Shown: positions 9,135 to 19,257, counted from the first letter of the stretch. The stretch is DNA of 64,000 nt from an uncultured Thermoplasmata archaeon (GCA_963768855.1 CAVYJM010000011.1:192001-256000); one strand, 5' to 3'. Numbers and translations are program-made. Notes: a model not told the origin generated them from the letters alone.

Positions 9135-9836
9135 GTGCGCCTCGACGAGTGGACCTCGGAGGAGTTCGCGAAGAATGTGGGAGCCGACACGGTCATCATC
9201 CTCCCGGTGGGCTCCGTCGAGAAGCACGGGAGCCATCTTCCCCTCGGCTCGGACCTAATCCAGCCCCTCCATGTCCTGGAGGCGGTCTGCCGGAAGACCG
9301 GGGCGGTCCTCGCCCCGCCGATCCCCTATGGCGTGATCACGACGACGCGGCATTATCCGGGCGGCATCGGCATCTCGTACGACTCCCTGCGCGCATTCAC
9401 GAGGGACGTGCTGCGCGACCTCGTCCGGAACGGCGCGCATCGCGTGATGATCGTCAGCGGCCACGCGGCCCACGACCACATGGCCGCCCTGCGGGCCGCG
9501 GCCCAGGACGTCGTCGACGAGGGCACGCTCAAGGCCACGGTCCTCTCCGACTACGACATCATCTACGCGCAGAAGGACCTCCCGCCCAAGGAGGGCCATG
9601 CGGGCATGATCGAGACCTCCCGCCTCCTCGTCCACCGCCCCGACCTCGTGAAGGGTCGCAGCCCGCCCGGAGCGAACCGCCTCCCTCCCTACGCGGTCGT
9701 GAAAGACGCGAAGCCGTATTGGGACGGGGCCACGGGCGATTCCTCGAAGGCGACGGCGGCCTACGGGGAGGCGCTCGACCGGGTCGTCGTGGAGGAGCTC
9801 GTGAAGCTCGTCGAGGAACTTCGGGGGCGGGCGTGA
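9135..9836 (+). CDS. Creatininase/creatinine amidohydrolase family protein
   Basis: LPVGSVEKHGSHLPLGSD, SGH, GHAGMIETS; GTG start at 9135. Confidence 0.88.
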   Translation: MRLDEWTSEEFAKNVGADTVIILPVGSVEKHGSHLPLGSDLIQPLHVLEAVCRKTGAVLAPPIPYGVITTTRHYPGGIGISYDSLRAFTRDVLRDLVRNGAHRVMIVSGHAAHDHMAALRAAAQDVVDEGTLKATVLSDYDIIYAQKDLPPKEGHAGMIETSRLLVHRPDLVKGRSPPGANRLPPYAVVKDAKPYWDGATGDSSKATAAYGEALDRVVVEELVKLVEELRGRA

Positions 9837-9837
9837 C

Positions 9838-10530
9838 ATGGCCACGGACGACCTGAAGCGGGCTGCCGCGGACGCCTCCCTGAAGTACGTGAACGACGGG
9901 ATGATCCTCGGGCTCGGGACCGGATCGACGGCTCGGTACGTTCTGGAGGGCCTGGCGCGCCGGATCGCGGAGGAAGGTCTCCTCGTGAGCGGCGTGCCGA
10001 CCTCCCTGGCGACCGCGGAGGCGGCGAAGATGCTCGGAATCCCACTCACTTCCCTGGAGGAGCACCCCGTGCTCGACCTGGCGATCGACGGCGCGGACGA
10101 GGTCGACCCGAGGATGGACCTCATCAAGGGGCTGGGAGGCGCGCTCTTCCGCGAGAAGATCGTCGCCGCATCCGCGAAGAAGTTCGTCGTCGTCGTGGAG
10201 GAGTCGAAGCTCGTGCCCCGCCTGGGGACGAAGGCGCCCGTGCCCGTCGAGGTCCATCCGTTCGGGCTGCGGTCCACCCAGACGCGGATCGAGGCGCTCG
10301 GTGCGAGGGCCCCGCTCCGGATGCGGGGCTCCGAAGTGTTCCGGACGGACAACGGGAACCACATCCTCGACGCCCGGTTCGGGCCGATCAAGAAGCCGGA
10401 CAGGCTCGCGGAGAGCCTCGAGGCGGTTCCCGGGGTCGTGGGCCACGGCCTCTTCCTCGGGATGACCGATCTCGTGCTCGCCTCCTCGACGGAGGGCGTG
10501 CGGATCCTGCGTTCTAGGCGAAGGACTTGA
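9838..10530 (+). CDS. rpiA: Ribose-5-phosphate isomerase A
   Basis: GLGTGST, DGADEVD, IKGLGGALFREKI. Confidence 0.95.
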   Translation: MATDDLKRAAADASLKYVNDGMILGLGTGSTARYVLEGLARRIAEEGLLVSGVPTSLATAEAAKMLGIPLTSLEEHPVLDLAIDGADEVDPRMDLIKGLGGALFREKIVAASAKKFVVVVEESKLVPRLGTKAPVPVEVHPFGLRSTQTRIEALGARAPLRMRGSEVFRTDNGNHILDARFGPIKKPDRLAESLEAVPGVVGHGLFLGMTDLVLASSTEGVRILRSRRRT

Positions 10531-10879
10531 GCTTCTTGCGGTTCGCCTCGATCCGCTCGAGCCGGTTCTGCTGATCGCGGTCGAGCTGGGCCAGGATGTC
10601 GTCCCAGCGGGTGCTCAGGCGGTAGGCGTGCACGGGACGGCCCTTGCCCTCCTTCTTGATGTCGCGCTTCTCGACCCAGCGCCGCCGTCGGAGTTCCTGC
10701 ATCGCGATGCTGACCTCGGGCTGCCGCAGTCCCGTGGCCTTCTCGATCTCCACGGAGGTCGTCTCGTCGCGCTTCGAGAGGAACACGAGGGTTTTCGCGA
10801 CGTTCTTGGAGAGGCCGGTCTCGATCAGCAGGTCCACCAGGGTCTCGTCTCGGCGGCTGAGGCGGACGTCCCGGCCCAT
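10514..10879 (-). CDS. Winged-HTH transcriptional regulator (TrmB/ArsR-like)
   Basis: [34 protein letters not shown]; ATG at 10879. Confidence 0.85.
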   Translation of the reverse strand: MGRDVRLSRRDETLVDLLIETGLSKNVAKTLVFLSKRDETTSVEIEKATGLRQPEVSIAMQELRRRRWVEKRDIKKEGKGRPVHAYRLSTRWDDILAQLDRDQQNRLERIEANRKKLKSFA

Positions 10880-11066
10880 TGTATCTCCCCAGCAATTATT
10901 AATTTCGCCATATATATTTCTTGTCCTCATCTTCCGCGGCGCGAGACGAGCCGCGTCGTCCGCTCGTTCGAACGCGTCGCGCGACGCGTGGCGGACGAGT
11001 CGGCCGCGCGCACCTCGTAACCCTTTAATAGCAGTTCCTCTGTCTAACGCTGCCTGGTTCGTCTCC

Positions 11067-11354
11067 ATGAAGGTGCCCCAGATAATCCGCGGCTACTGCC
11101 CCTTCTGCAACAAGCATGTGGACCTGGAAGTCGAGCGTGTGAAGAACCGCCCGAGGTCCGAGCTTCGCGCAGGTCAGCGGCGATTCCGCCGCGTCACGGC
11201 CGGGTACGGCGGATTCCCGAGGCCGAAGCCTGAGGGACGCGAGAAGCCGACCAAGAAGATCCATCTCCGCTACCGATGCAAGGTGTGCAAGAAGGCGTAC
11301 CAGCGGGTGGGAATCCGCGCCAAGAAGTTCGAGATCATCGAGGTGCACAAGTGA
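11067..11354 (+). CDS. rpl44e: 50S ribosomal protein L44e
   Basis: [39 protein letters not shown]. Confidence 0.95.
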   Translation: MKVPQIIRGYCPFCNKHVDLEVERVKNRPRSELRAGQRRFRRVTAGYGGFPRPKPEGREKPTKKIHLRYRCKVCKKAYQRVGIRAKKFEIIEVHK

Positions 11355-11530
11355 TTCCCAAGCCGGAGAGCCAGTTCCTCAGGGTCAAGTGCGAGGATTG
11401 CGGGAACCAGCAGATCGTCTTCGACCGGGCCGCGAGCGTGGTCCTCTGCCAAGTGTGCGGGGCGACTCTCGCCAAGCCGACGGGGGGGAAGGCCGCGATC
11501 CGAGGCGAGGTCCTGGGGGTCCTCGAGTAG
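11351..11530 (+). CDS. rps27e: 30S ribosomal protein S27e
   Basis: [32 protein letters not shown]; GTGA overlap with rpl44e. Confidence 0.95.
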   Translation: MIPKPESQFLRVKCEDCGNQQIVFDRAASVVLCQVCGATLAKPTGGKAAIRGEVLGVLE

Positions 11531-12316
11531 ATGGCCAACCGCGGGTACGACTGGCCCGAGGAGGGCGAACTCGTCGTCTGCTCCGTGGCCAACGTCAAGA
11601 ACTTCGGGGCCTTCGTCACCCTCGACGAGTACGAGGCCAAGGAGGGCTTCATCCACATCGCCGAGGTCTCCTCCGGATGGATCAAGTACATCCGGGACTA
11701 CGTGCGGGAGGGGCAGAAGGTCGTCTGCAAGGTCCTCCGCGTGGACCAGGACAAGGGTCACATCGACCTCTCTCTGAAGGCCGTCAACGAGCACCAGCGC
11801 CGCGACAAGATCCAGGAATGGAAGAACGAGCAGAAGGCGGAGAACCTCCTGGGGATCGTCGCGAAGCGCCTCGACAAGACGCCGGAGGCGTGCTGGGACG
11901 AGTTCGGGTACGACCTCCTGGACGCCTTCGGCACGCTCTACCGCGCCTTCGAGGAGTGCGTGATGGACGATCACGCCCTCGAGGAGGAGGGCTTCAAGGG
12001 TGCGTGGATCAAGGCGTTCGTCGAGGTCGCGCGGGAGAACATCGTCCCGCCCTACGTCACGATCGACGGGTACCTCGAGGCCACGGACTACGCGCCCGAC
12101 GGCGCGAACCACCTGAAGGACGCGCTCACGAAGGCCGCCCGCGAGGACGGCACGGTCACGGTCAAGGTCCAGTACATCGGCGCCCCCCGCTACCGCCTCG
12201 TCGTCCGCGCCCCGGACTACAAGACCGCAGAGGACGAAATCGAGAAGGCCGCGGCGCGCGTCTCGAAGGCCCTCGAGGCGACGGGCGGCGAGGCCAAATT
12301 CCACCGCAAGGATTGA
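11531..12316 (+). CDS. eif2a: Translation initiation factor 2 subunit alpha
   Basis: PEEGELVV, S1 domain EGFIHIAEVSSGWIK, YIGAPRYR. Confidence 0.95.
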   Translation: MANRGYDWPEEGELVVCSVANVKNFGAFVTLDEYEAKEGFIHIAEVSSGWIKYIRDYVREGQKVVCKVLRVDQDKGHIDLSLKAVNEHQRRDKIQEWKNEQKAENLLGIVAKRLDKTPEACWDEFGYDLLDAFGTLYRAFEECVMDDHALEEEGFKGAWIKAFVEVARENIVPPYVTIDGYLEATDYAPDGANHLKDALTKAAREDGTVTVKVQYIGAPRYRLVVRAPDYKTAEDEIEKAAARVSKALEATGGEAKFHRKD

Positions 12317-12325
12317 GGCGGTCCC

Positions 12326-12505
12326 ATGCGTTCCCTCATGCACAAGTGCCGCGCGTGCGGGCGGTACACCCTGCAGGACGTCTGCCCGGCGTGCGGCGCG
12401 GCCGCGGGGAACCCGATGCCGCCGCGCTATTCCCCCGAAGACCGCTACGGGGTCTACCGCCGACGGCTGAAGCGGGAAGGTGAATCGCCATGGAAAACAT
12501 CGTGA
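12326..12505 (+). CDS. nop10: H/ACA RNP protein Nop10 (not in ORF track)
   Basis: Translates to MRSLMHKCRACGRYTLQDVCPACG...PPRYSPEDRYGVYRRRLK; conserved operon position. Confidence 0.92.
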   Translation: MRSLMHKCRACGRYTLQDVCPACGAAAGNPMPPRYSPEDRYGVYRRRLKREGESPWKTS

Positions 12506-13278
12506 TCCGGTACCTGGAGAAGCCCAAGCTCGAAGACCCCATCTTCGTCGAGGGCCTCCCCGGGATCGGCAACGTGGGGAAGCTCGCGGCCGAACACTTG
12601 AAGGACGAGCTGAAGGCGGTCAAGTTCGCGGAGATCTTCTCGAAGTACTTCCCGCCCCAGGTCCTCGTCCAGGACGACGGCCAGATCAAGCTCGTGAACA
12701 ACGAGATGCACTACGTGAAGCGGGGGAACGGCAAGGACATCATCTTCCTCACGGGCGACTACCAGGGCCTGACGCCGGAGGGGCAGTACGAGCTCAGCGA
12801 TTTCATCCTGAAGGAGCTCAAGACCCTCGGCGTGCGGCGGATCTTCACCCTGGGCGGCTACGGCCTCGGACGGATGATCACGAAGCCGCGGGTCCTGGGC
12901 GCCGCGACGGACGCCGCCCTGGTCAAGGAGATGGAGAAGGTGGGCGTCGTGTTCTCCCGCGGCGAACCGGGCGCGGGCATCGTCGGCGCGAGCGGCCTGA
13001 TGCTCGGCCTCGGGCGGCTCTACGACATGCAGGCCGTGTGCCTGATGGGCGAGACGTCCGGATACTTCGTCGACCCGAAGAGCGCGCAGGCGGTCCTCGA
13101 GATCCTGACGAAGGTCCTCGACGTGACGATCTCCTTCACCGAGCTCGAGAGCAAGGCGAAGCAGATCGACCAGATCACCTCGAAGCTCCGCGACATCGAG
13201 AGGGCGATCGTCAGGACGACGCCGATGAGGGGGACGGACATCCCCTCCCCGTTCAGGAAGAGGGCCAGGAAGCTGTAG
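12490..13278 (+). CDS. PAC2-family proteasome assembly chaperone, C-terminus apparently replaced
   Basis: EGLPGIGNVGKL, TLGGY, GIVGASGL, CLMGETSGY, DPKSA; the last about 25 aa are antisense to an MFS fragment. Confidence 0.88.
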   Translation: MENIVIRYLEKPKLEDPIFVEGLPGIGNVGKLAAEHLKDELKAVKFAEIFSKYFPPQVLVQDDGQIKLVNNEMHYVKRGNGKDIIFLTGDYQGLTPEGQYELSDFILKELKTLGVRRIFTLGGYGLGRMITKPRVLGAATDAALVKEMEKVGVVFSRGEPGAGIVGASGLMLGLGRLYDMQAVCLMGETSGYFVDPKSAQAVLEILTKVLDVTISFTELESKAKQIDQITSKLRDIERAIVRTTPMRGTDIPSPFRKRARKL

Positions 13279-13710
13279 TACACATTGATCAGGGCGTAGA
13301 AGACGACGACGAGGTAGATGGTCCGGAGGAACCGCGGATCCCGCAGGTGTCCCGCGAGGGTCGCCACCTGGGCCCGGAAGGGCGCGGCCAACGGCTTCGG
13401 GACCTCCTTGAGAGACAGCGTCACCACGGCCAGGGCCGCGAGGCTCGTGCCGCTGAGGACGTAGAAGGGCAGGACGAACGACACGAGGGAGATGAGGCCC
13501 CCGACCAGAGGGGACAGGGCGGATGCCAGGTCGTTCATGTCCGAGAAGAACCCGACCTCCTTGCCGGTCACCTTCGCGTCCGCGTAGCTGAGGACGTAGG
13601 CCCAGGACGTGAGCCAGAGGAACGACGAAGCGATCCCCCGCGCGACGGACAGCAGGAGGAGGGGCAGGAGGGCGTTGGCCTGGGGATAGAGGAGCGCAGG
13701 ACGCCCAGCC
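13198..13710 (-). pseudogene. Internal fragment of an MFS transporter
   Basis: Frame reads LLLLSVARGIASSFLWLTSWAYV...SPLVGGLI...YLVVVFYALINVYYSFLALFL..GVVL, with no proper start, and runs into antisense PAC2. Confidence 0.65.
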
Positions 13711-13805
13711 CGAGACGCCAGAGAAGCGCGAGGACCTGGGATACATCGGATAGTCTTGCCGGAAAACCTCTATACCCCGGCCCGGGGATACCGTCCCTGC
13801 AAGGG

Positions 13806-14498
13806 ATGGGCGAAGACGAGTTGCGCAAGGCCTTCCTGAAGGGCTATGAGGAAGGCCTGAAGGCCGCATGGCGCGAGATCGGGCTGCTGACCACCCGCGG
13901 GTACTCCTCCACGGAGCTCAGCGTCATGTCGAAGTCCAAGATGGCTGTCCTCTACCGGGACGTTGAATCGATGGCCGCGCGGCTCGCGGAGGAGGAGCCG
14001 GCGACGATCGGACCGAGCGTCCCCCAGCGGGACCTCGGAGGCCGCGGGTCCTACCTCGTGCGCGAGCCGAAAGCAGAGCGCATCTTCGACCTGTTCGCCG
14101 ACCTCCTCGGCGCGGGCGCCCGCGGGCTCTGCATCACCCGCACCCACCCGGATGACCTGCGCTCCCGGTACCGGCTCGAGGAATCGGGCTTCATCTGGCT
14201 GTCGAGCACGCCGGGGAAGAAGAGCAAGGGCATGGCGGTCGTCTCGCCGACGGGGCTCGTGGACATCGCCTCCGCGATCTCCGAGTTCGCCGCCCAGGGA
14301 GGCAACGCGGCCGTCCTCCTCGAGGGCGTGGAGTACATGATCGGCCAGAACGGCTTCTCGTCCTTCCTGCGGTTCCTCCAGAAGGTCAACGAGAAGATCG
14401 TCCTGAACAACTCGTACCTCCTGATCTCGGCGAACCCCGCGGCGCTCAAGGAGCAGGAGTACAAGCTCCTCGCGCGGGAGATGGTCGGGGAGATCTGA
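13806..14498 (+). CDS. DUF835-domain (RecA-like, degenerate) protein
   Basis: GLCITRTHP, FIWLS, VLLEGVEYMIGQNGF..FLRFL pattern; ATG at 13806. Confidence 0.85.
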   Translation: MGEDELRKAFLKGYEEGLKAAWREIGLLTTRGYSSTELSVMSKSKMAVLYRDVESMAARLAEEEPATIGPSVPQRDLGGRGSYLVREPKAERIFDLFADLLGAGARGLCITRTHPDDLRSRYRLEESGFIWLSSTPGKKSKGMAVVSPTGLVDIASAISEFAAQGGNAAVLLEGVEYMIGQNGFSSFLRFLQKVNEKIVLNNSYLLISANPAALKEQEYKLLAREMVGEI

Positions 14499-14504
14499 GG
14501 CGGC

Positions 14505-15140
14505 TCAACGCCCCGCGACGGAGAGGGCGGCACGCTTGAAGCTCGCCCAGTTCAGCGTGTGGTCATCCCGCATCAGCGAGACGAGCATGACGACCGTGAG
14601 TCCCTCCACGAGCTTCGAAACGATCCACAGGTCGTAGACGTTCTCGACCTCGGATAGGGGCCAGATCGGCACGACGAGGGAGATCCCGGCGAGGACGATG
14701 AGGAACACGGGCCATCCGAGGAGGTAGGGGTCGTACTTCGCCGGGAGCCGCGTGATCAGGATCCCGCAGGCGATCTGGACGGGGCCGATGATCGCGAAGA
14801 AGACCGCCTCGATGAGGGACTCGTTGATGTGGTCGTTGAAGGCGAACAGGTGCAGCGCGCCATCGAGGATGAACAGCGCCTGGATGAGGTACCGCTTCGA
14901 GTACACCGGGTCGTTCAGGAACCGGTTGTGGTTCTCATACACCGCGCCTCCGGCGGCGAAGAAGAGCCCGAACAGGGTGAAGAACAGGCGGTTGATCAGG
15001 CTGCCCGCGCTGTGCCCGCCCGTCGCCACCTCCTGGAGCACGATCAGGCCGATGTAGTCCGAGGCCCAGCCCAGCAGGATGATCAGCAGGCCGGAAATGA
15101 GGAAGACGTTCTCCGTGGTGAAACGGATCTTCCACTGCAT
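14505..15140 (-). CDS. Multi-pass membrane protein
   Basis: About six TM segments; DGALHLFAFNDH; ATG at 15140. Confidence 0.7.
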   Translation of the reverse strand: MQWKIRFTTENVFLISGLLIILLGWASDYIGLIVLQEVATGGHSAGSLINRLFFTLFGLFFAAGGAVYENHNRFLNDPVYSKRYLIQALFILDGALHLFAFNDHINESLIEAVFFAIIGPVQIACGILITRLPAKYDPYLLGWPVFLIVLAGISLVVPIWPLSEVENVYDLWIVSKLVEGLTVVMLVSLMRDDHTLNWASFKRAALSVAGR

Positions 15141-15190
15141 CGGCCCGCCCATGCGCAGGTCCGCCAAGAAGTTTCGCGCGGGCGAGAGCT

Positions 15191-15207
15191 CGCAAAAGCC
15201 TTTATGG
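15191..15207 (+). promoter_or_regulatory. BRE/TATA of tRNA-Glu
   Basis: CGCAAAAGCCTTTATGG about 30 bp upstream of the tRNA. Confidence 0.6.
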
Positions 15208-15232
15208 GCCTCCGAGCTAACCGGCCTCCCGC

Positions 15233-15307
15233 GCTCCCGTAGTCTAGTCCGGTCAAGGATCGGGGCCTTTCGAGCCTCAGACGCGGGTTCGAATCCCGCC
15301 GGGAGCA
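15233..15307 (+). tRNA. tRNA-Glu(TTC)
   Basis: Acceptor GCTCCCG/CGGGAGC, anticodon arm GGGGC-CTTTCGA-GCCTC, T-arm GCGGG-TTCGAAT-CCCGC. Confidence 0.95.
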
Positions 15308-15377
15308 TGATATTTTTTAGCACGGTGATGCACCGGTAGCATCATGTGTTGGTCAGTGACGAGCTATCTACTGGGGG

Positions 15378-15433
15378 ATAGCGCGATCTTCACTGCGCCG
15401 TCGCTCCGCCGAGCGGCCCGAAGGGCTATGCCG
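15378..15433 (+). repeat. Hairpin repeat copy 1
   Basis: CCGTCG-ctccgc-CGAGCGG-cccGAAGGGCTATGCCG; outer pairs CTTC/GAAG and ATAGC/GCTAT. Confidence 0.8.
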
Positions 15434-15512
15434 AGATGGCAAGTCGGGAAGCTTCGCGAATGGCCAAGGTCCTTCTAAGGGTCCGCCTTGGGCGGGAGCA
15501 GGCGCATCCAGC

Positions 15513-16271
15513 ATGGTCTCCGTGGTGATCGATTCCCGGTTCCAGGGGCTCAAGGACATCGCCCTCGGCGGCTACGTCGGCGGCGTCCTGGCGGGCGGAC
15601 GGGCCGCGGAGGTCCGCTTCCTGCGACCCGCGCCGGTCGGACGCCCGTTGCAGGTCGGGGACCGCGCGGACGGAACTACGGCTCTCTTGGACGGGAAGAA
15701 TCTCTTGGCCCTCGCACAGCCTGCGGACGTGGATCTAGACGTGCCCGCGCCGGTCACGGCGGAGGAGGCTGCGGCGGCCACCCAAAGCTACCCCGGGCTC
15801 GATCGCCACCTCATCCCGGCCTGTTTCGTCTGCGGCCCCGGACGGCGTGAAGGCGACGGCCTGCGAATCTTCCCTGGCCCCGTGCCGGAGCGTGACCTTG
15901 TCGCCGCGCTGTGGACGCCGGATGTCTCCCTGGGCGGCCCAGATGGATGCGTCGCTCCCGAGTTCGTCTGGTCCGCCGTGGACTGCCCGAGCATCTGGGC
16001 TCTGGTTCACCGAGCGCCGCCCGACTCCAAGGAGCGGGTCGTGACCGCTCGCCTCGCCCTCCGGCCCGTGGCGCCGCTCCGCGTGGGCGAGTCCTGCGTG
16101 GTGACGGGATGGGCCGTCGGCGGAGACGCCCGGTTCCAGGTAGCCGGCGCGGCCGTGCGTTCAGCGGAAGGTCGTCTCCTCGCCGTGGCGCGGCACACCC
16201 TCGCGTCGACGGACTGGGGCGTGCCGCTCGGCCTTGACAAGTGGGGGACCGATTCGCGCCAACCCGCGTGA
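15513..16271 (+). CDS. Double hotdog-fold (thioesterase-like) protein
   Basis: FQG....GGYVGG, LRPAPVG, CFVCGP, VWSAVDCP, VTARL. Confidence 0.7.
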   Translation: MVSVVIDSRFQGLKDIALGGYVGGVLAGGRAAEVRFLRPAPVGRPLQVGDRADGTTALLDGKNLLALAQPADVDLDVPAPVTAEEAAAATQSYPGLDRHLIPACFVCGPGRREGDGLRIFPGPVPERDLVAALWTPDVSLGGPDGCVAPEFVWSAVDCPSIWALVHRAPPDSKERVVTARLALRPVAPLRVGESCVVTGWAVGGDARFQVAGAAVRSAEGRLLAVARHTLASTDWGVPLGLDKWGTDSRQPA

Positions 16272-16381
16272 GAGTGCCTCCGCTTCCACGCTGTATGCCG
16301 CCCTGCTCCTCGTCGCCTCCCGGAGAAGAGCGCGAGTTGCTCGAGCGGGAGTCCAGCTATTCCTTCTGGATGCGCTGCGCG

Positions 16382-17362
16382 TCACCTCAAATGCTTCTGC
16401 AGGAACTCACGCTGCCGCTGGCTCGCCCGGTCAAAGACCGGACTTGGATGGTGGAGAAGGCCGAAATGACCTCCCTCCACCTCCACGAGTTCCTTGGGTC
16501 CCGAGGCCCGGTCGAAGGTCATCCGGGAGATGACGTCGCTTGCCCCGGGCATCTCGTCCCCCGGGGCGACCATCACGAGGAGGGGGACCTCGAGATGAGG
16601 GGTGCAGAGGGCGGGGTGCAGCGGGACCGACACAGCGGGGCCGCCGACAGTCGCCCAGTTTTCCCATCGGGTGCCGAAGCGGCCTCCGTACTCGATGAAC
16701 CATCGGAACGCCGTCAGCGGGGTGAGGAGCGAGGGAGCCCTGTGCTGGTCCGCGGAGACTACAGGCAGTGGGCCGGTCGTGGTCTCGGGCATGGTACGCA
16801 GGTCCCCGTGGAGGAGGGTCCCCTTAAGAGCTGCGAACAGCGAGCCGTTCGCGTCGGCGGGAGGCGGACCATCCCCGCAGGCGGGCACCTGCGCAACCAC
16901 CGCCTTCACACGAGCGTCGAAAGCCCCGACGACAAGAACCTCCGCGCCGCTCATGCTGTCGCCCCAGAGGGCGACCCGGTGGATGTCCACATCCTGTCTC
17001 TTGGCCAGGAAGTCGAGGGCATCGCGGTAGCCGCGAGCCTGCACCCACTTGTTGAGCTCCTGCCGTGGCTCGCCGCCGCTGATTCCGAGGTTGCGGTGGT
17101 CGTAGAGCAAAACCGCGAAGCCTGCCCGGTGGAAGACATCCGCGTAGGCATCGGCGACCATGCCCTGGATCGTTGCGGAGAAGCCGTGGGCCATGATGAC
17201 CGCGGGCGCGGACTCAGTCGCTCCCGCAGGGACATACAGCCTACCTCGCAGGGTCGCGCCTTGCGAGGGGAACTCGACTGCCTGGAACGCTGATTCCTGC
17301 GTCGGTCCTGGCGTCGGAGTCGTCCGATTTGGATGTGTCTCTCGCGGCGTCCTGCCTTTCAT
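16382..17362 (-). CDS. Alpha/beta hydrolase
   Basis: MAHGFSAT, YDHRNLGISGGEPR, WGDSMSG nucleophile elbow, GGHF; ATG overlaps the upstream stop. Confidence 0.85.
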   Translation of the reverse strand: MKGRTPRETHPNRTTPTPGPTQESAFQAVEFPSQGATLRGRLYVPAGATESAPAVIMAHGFSATIQGMVADAYADVFHRAGFAVLLYDHRNLGISGGEPRQELNKWVQARGYRDALDFLAKRQDVDIHRVALWGDSMSGAEVLVVGAFDARVKAVVAQVPACGDGPPPADANGSLFAALKGTLLHGDLRTMPETTTGPLPVVSADQHRAPSLLTPLTAFRWFIEYGGRFGTRWENWATVGGPAVSVPLHPALCTPHLEVPLLVMVAPGDEMPGASDVISRMTFDRASGPKELVEVEGGHFGLLHHPSPVFDRASQRQREFLQKHLR

Positions 17363-17814
17363 TCCAGCGCGCCTTCCCGGAGCTCCCAGAGGGCGTTGAC
17401 GATCAACCACCGCCTCTCCCCGAACTTGGCAAGATGAAGGTAGTCCACATACTGAGGCGAGACGCATCGGGCCGTGGCGACGTGGCGGAAGACATGGAGA
17501 ACATCAATCTGGTAGCCTCGCTGGGACGCGGGGACCTCGGTGCCGCCTCCCTGCCGAGTCGCCTCGACCATACCGTCGAAGGTGCTGGGACGCCTCAACT
17601 GCCAGGTCCCAGGCTCAGCGCCCGGGACGATTGTTCGCTTCACGAGATCCGGATGGAGGCAGCGGCGCATGCGTTCAGGGTCACCGTCGTACCACCCTCC
17701 GACGTAGTCCCGGATGGACTCAACGATGGAATCGTAGTCTTCCTGGGCCGGGAGCCAGTTTCCGCTCTCGGTGGACTTCTTCAGGTCATCGCCCCCCCGT
17801 TGAGAGGGCGGCAT
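17359..17814 (-). CDS. NTF2/SnoaL-like (lumazine-binding family) protein
   Basis: IRDYVGGWYDGDPERMRRCLHPDL, YVDYLHLAK..RWLIVNALW. Confidence 0.8.
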   Translation of the reverse strand: MPPSQRGGDDLKKSTESGNWLPAQEDYDSIVESIRDYVGGWYDGDPERMRRCLHPDLVKRTIVPGAEPGTWQLRRPSTFDGMVEATRQGGGTEVPASQRGYQIDVLHVFRHVATARCVSPQYVDYLHLAKFGERRWLIVNALWELREGALE

Positions 17815-18060
17815 ATTGTTCGGCCTTAACTCTTTTCCTCTTTAGCGTGGAAGGGGAAAGTGCCCGCACTTGCGGGTGGCTACCGGCACTGGCCGCATCG
17901 CGAGCAGTGCCACCGGCCGTTTTGCGGAATCTGGGCGAGGGATTGACCGCAAAGACTACAGCACGGCGGCCCGGTCCAAGGACCCTCAACCGTAGGACCG
18001 ATTCCCACCGGATGATCAGCGGGGATCGCTCGATACACGCGTGAGGCCACCTTTCGGTCC

Positions 18061-18145
18061 CGAGGAAGGTGTCCTGCCTCCGTCGCCCCCTCGCGGCCGG
18101 AAGGGCTTTGCCCGATGAGGTTCGAAGCCACATGACTTCGAACCA
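18061..18145 (+). repeat. Hairpin repeat copy 2 plus 11-6-11 palindrome
   Basis: GAGGAAGGTG..CCGTCG..GCGGCCGGAAGGGCTTTGCC, then AGGTTCGAAGC-CACATG-ACTTCGAACCA (18118-18145). Confidence 0.85.
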
Positions 18146-18194
18146 CTGTGGAAATGAAGGCCCGACGGAGAGCCATCGGACCTCTTGGGCCAGG

Positions 18195-18450
18195 TTACGT
18201 GCGTGCAGGCACTGGGATAGCTGGTTGGATTCCCGCGAGCATTCTGTCAACGACTTCCTGGAAGTCACGCAGGGAGCGTAGCTCGCCGGCTTCCATGGCG
18301 CGACGGCCATAGGCCTCCATGAGCTCCGTGTCACGCCCCACGAGGATTGCTTCGGCCTCCGGAAGGAGTTCCTCCTCGAGCTTGATGTGCTCGCGCTGCA
18401 TCGTCAGGTACGTGTGCGCGGCCTCGAGGAAGGCTCTGCCCGCGGATGGG
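18195..18450 (-). pseudogene. C-terminal fragment of a hemerythrin-like protein
   Basis: FLEAAHTYLTMQREHIKLEEELLPEAE resembles HI..E hemerythrin helices; upstream part is low-complexity. Confidence 0.5.
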
Positions 18451-18647
18451 TCCGTTGACCCGAGCCCGAGTCCGTCGCCCACCTTGGGCGTGTCTCCCTC
18501 GCTCCCTGCCCTTGGACGGTCTGTGGGAGCCCGCGGTGCGCCCCAGCCGAGCGTCTCGCATGACCCTCCCTTGAGGTTCTCCGAAAATTGCAACCCGGGT
18601 TTCGAAACCTTCTTAAACGCCGCGCGTCGCTACCACTCGGAAGGCCG

Positions 18648-19208
18648 ATGTCATTCGAAACGGAGGACTGTCAGCACCTCGTCGCGGACGCGGGAGCCAT
18701 CCTGGATCGGGACGGCGTGACGGAGGCGAGCTTGAGGGCCGTCGGCTCGCGGATGCAGCGTATCGCGGGCGCCTTCGAACCTCGCACGGTCGCGGGCCTC
18801 AAAGCCCTTCACGGGACGGGGTCCTCGTCCACGGTCCTCCACAGCGAATCCGTGGACGGGCTCACCCTCGCTCTATCCCGATTCCCCCCAGAGGCCGCGA
18901 CCCCGGTCCACAACCACGGGACGTGGGGCGTCGCCCTCGTGATCGAAGGCAGGGACCACCACATCCACTGGCGCCGGATGGATGACGGCTTGACCCCCGG
19001 GCGCGCCAGGCTCGAGATCGATGCCGACGAGATCGTCCCGGGGGGCGAGTTCGTCTCCTGGCTCGGGCCGCCGGGAGACATCCACAGTCAGCAGGGCGTC
19101 TCGGGGCCGGTGTACGAGCTCGTCCTCTTTGGCCGTAACGTGATGGTCCATCCCCGCCTGTATTTCGACCCCGCCGCGGGGACGGTCCGCGAGCGCTTGC
19201 CCCAATGA
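18648..19208 (+). CDS. Cysteine-dioxygenase-like cupin
   Basis: TPVHNHGTWGV, PPGDIH; TTCTTAAA box about 30 bp upstream suggests a leaderless transcript. Confidence 0.8.
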   Translation: MSFETEDCQHLVADAGAILDRDGVTEASLRAVGSRMQRIAGAFEPRTVAGLKALHGTGSSSTVLHSESVDGLTLALSRFPPEAATPVHNHGTWGVALVIEGRDHHIHWRRMDDGLTPGRARLEIDADEIVPGGEFVSWLGPPGDIHSQQGVSGPVYELVLFGRNVMVHPRLYFDPAAGTVRERLPQ

Positions 19209-19215
19209 CGGGGGG

Positions 19216-19257
19216 CCCCGCCCCCTCGCTCCCGAGCGGCCGGAAGGTTCGTATCCC
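19216..19257 (+). repeat. Hairpin repeat copy 3
   Basis: CCCCGCCCCCTCGCTCCCGAGCGGCCGGAAGG, 8 bp after the cupin stop. Confidence 0.85.

Noticed and set aside
12480-14498. 672-aa ORF spanning PAC2 to DUF835
   Set aside because: Only the part from ATG 13806 is a recognisable protein; the rest is an alternate frame
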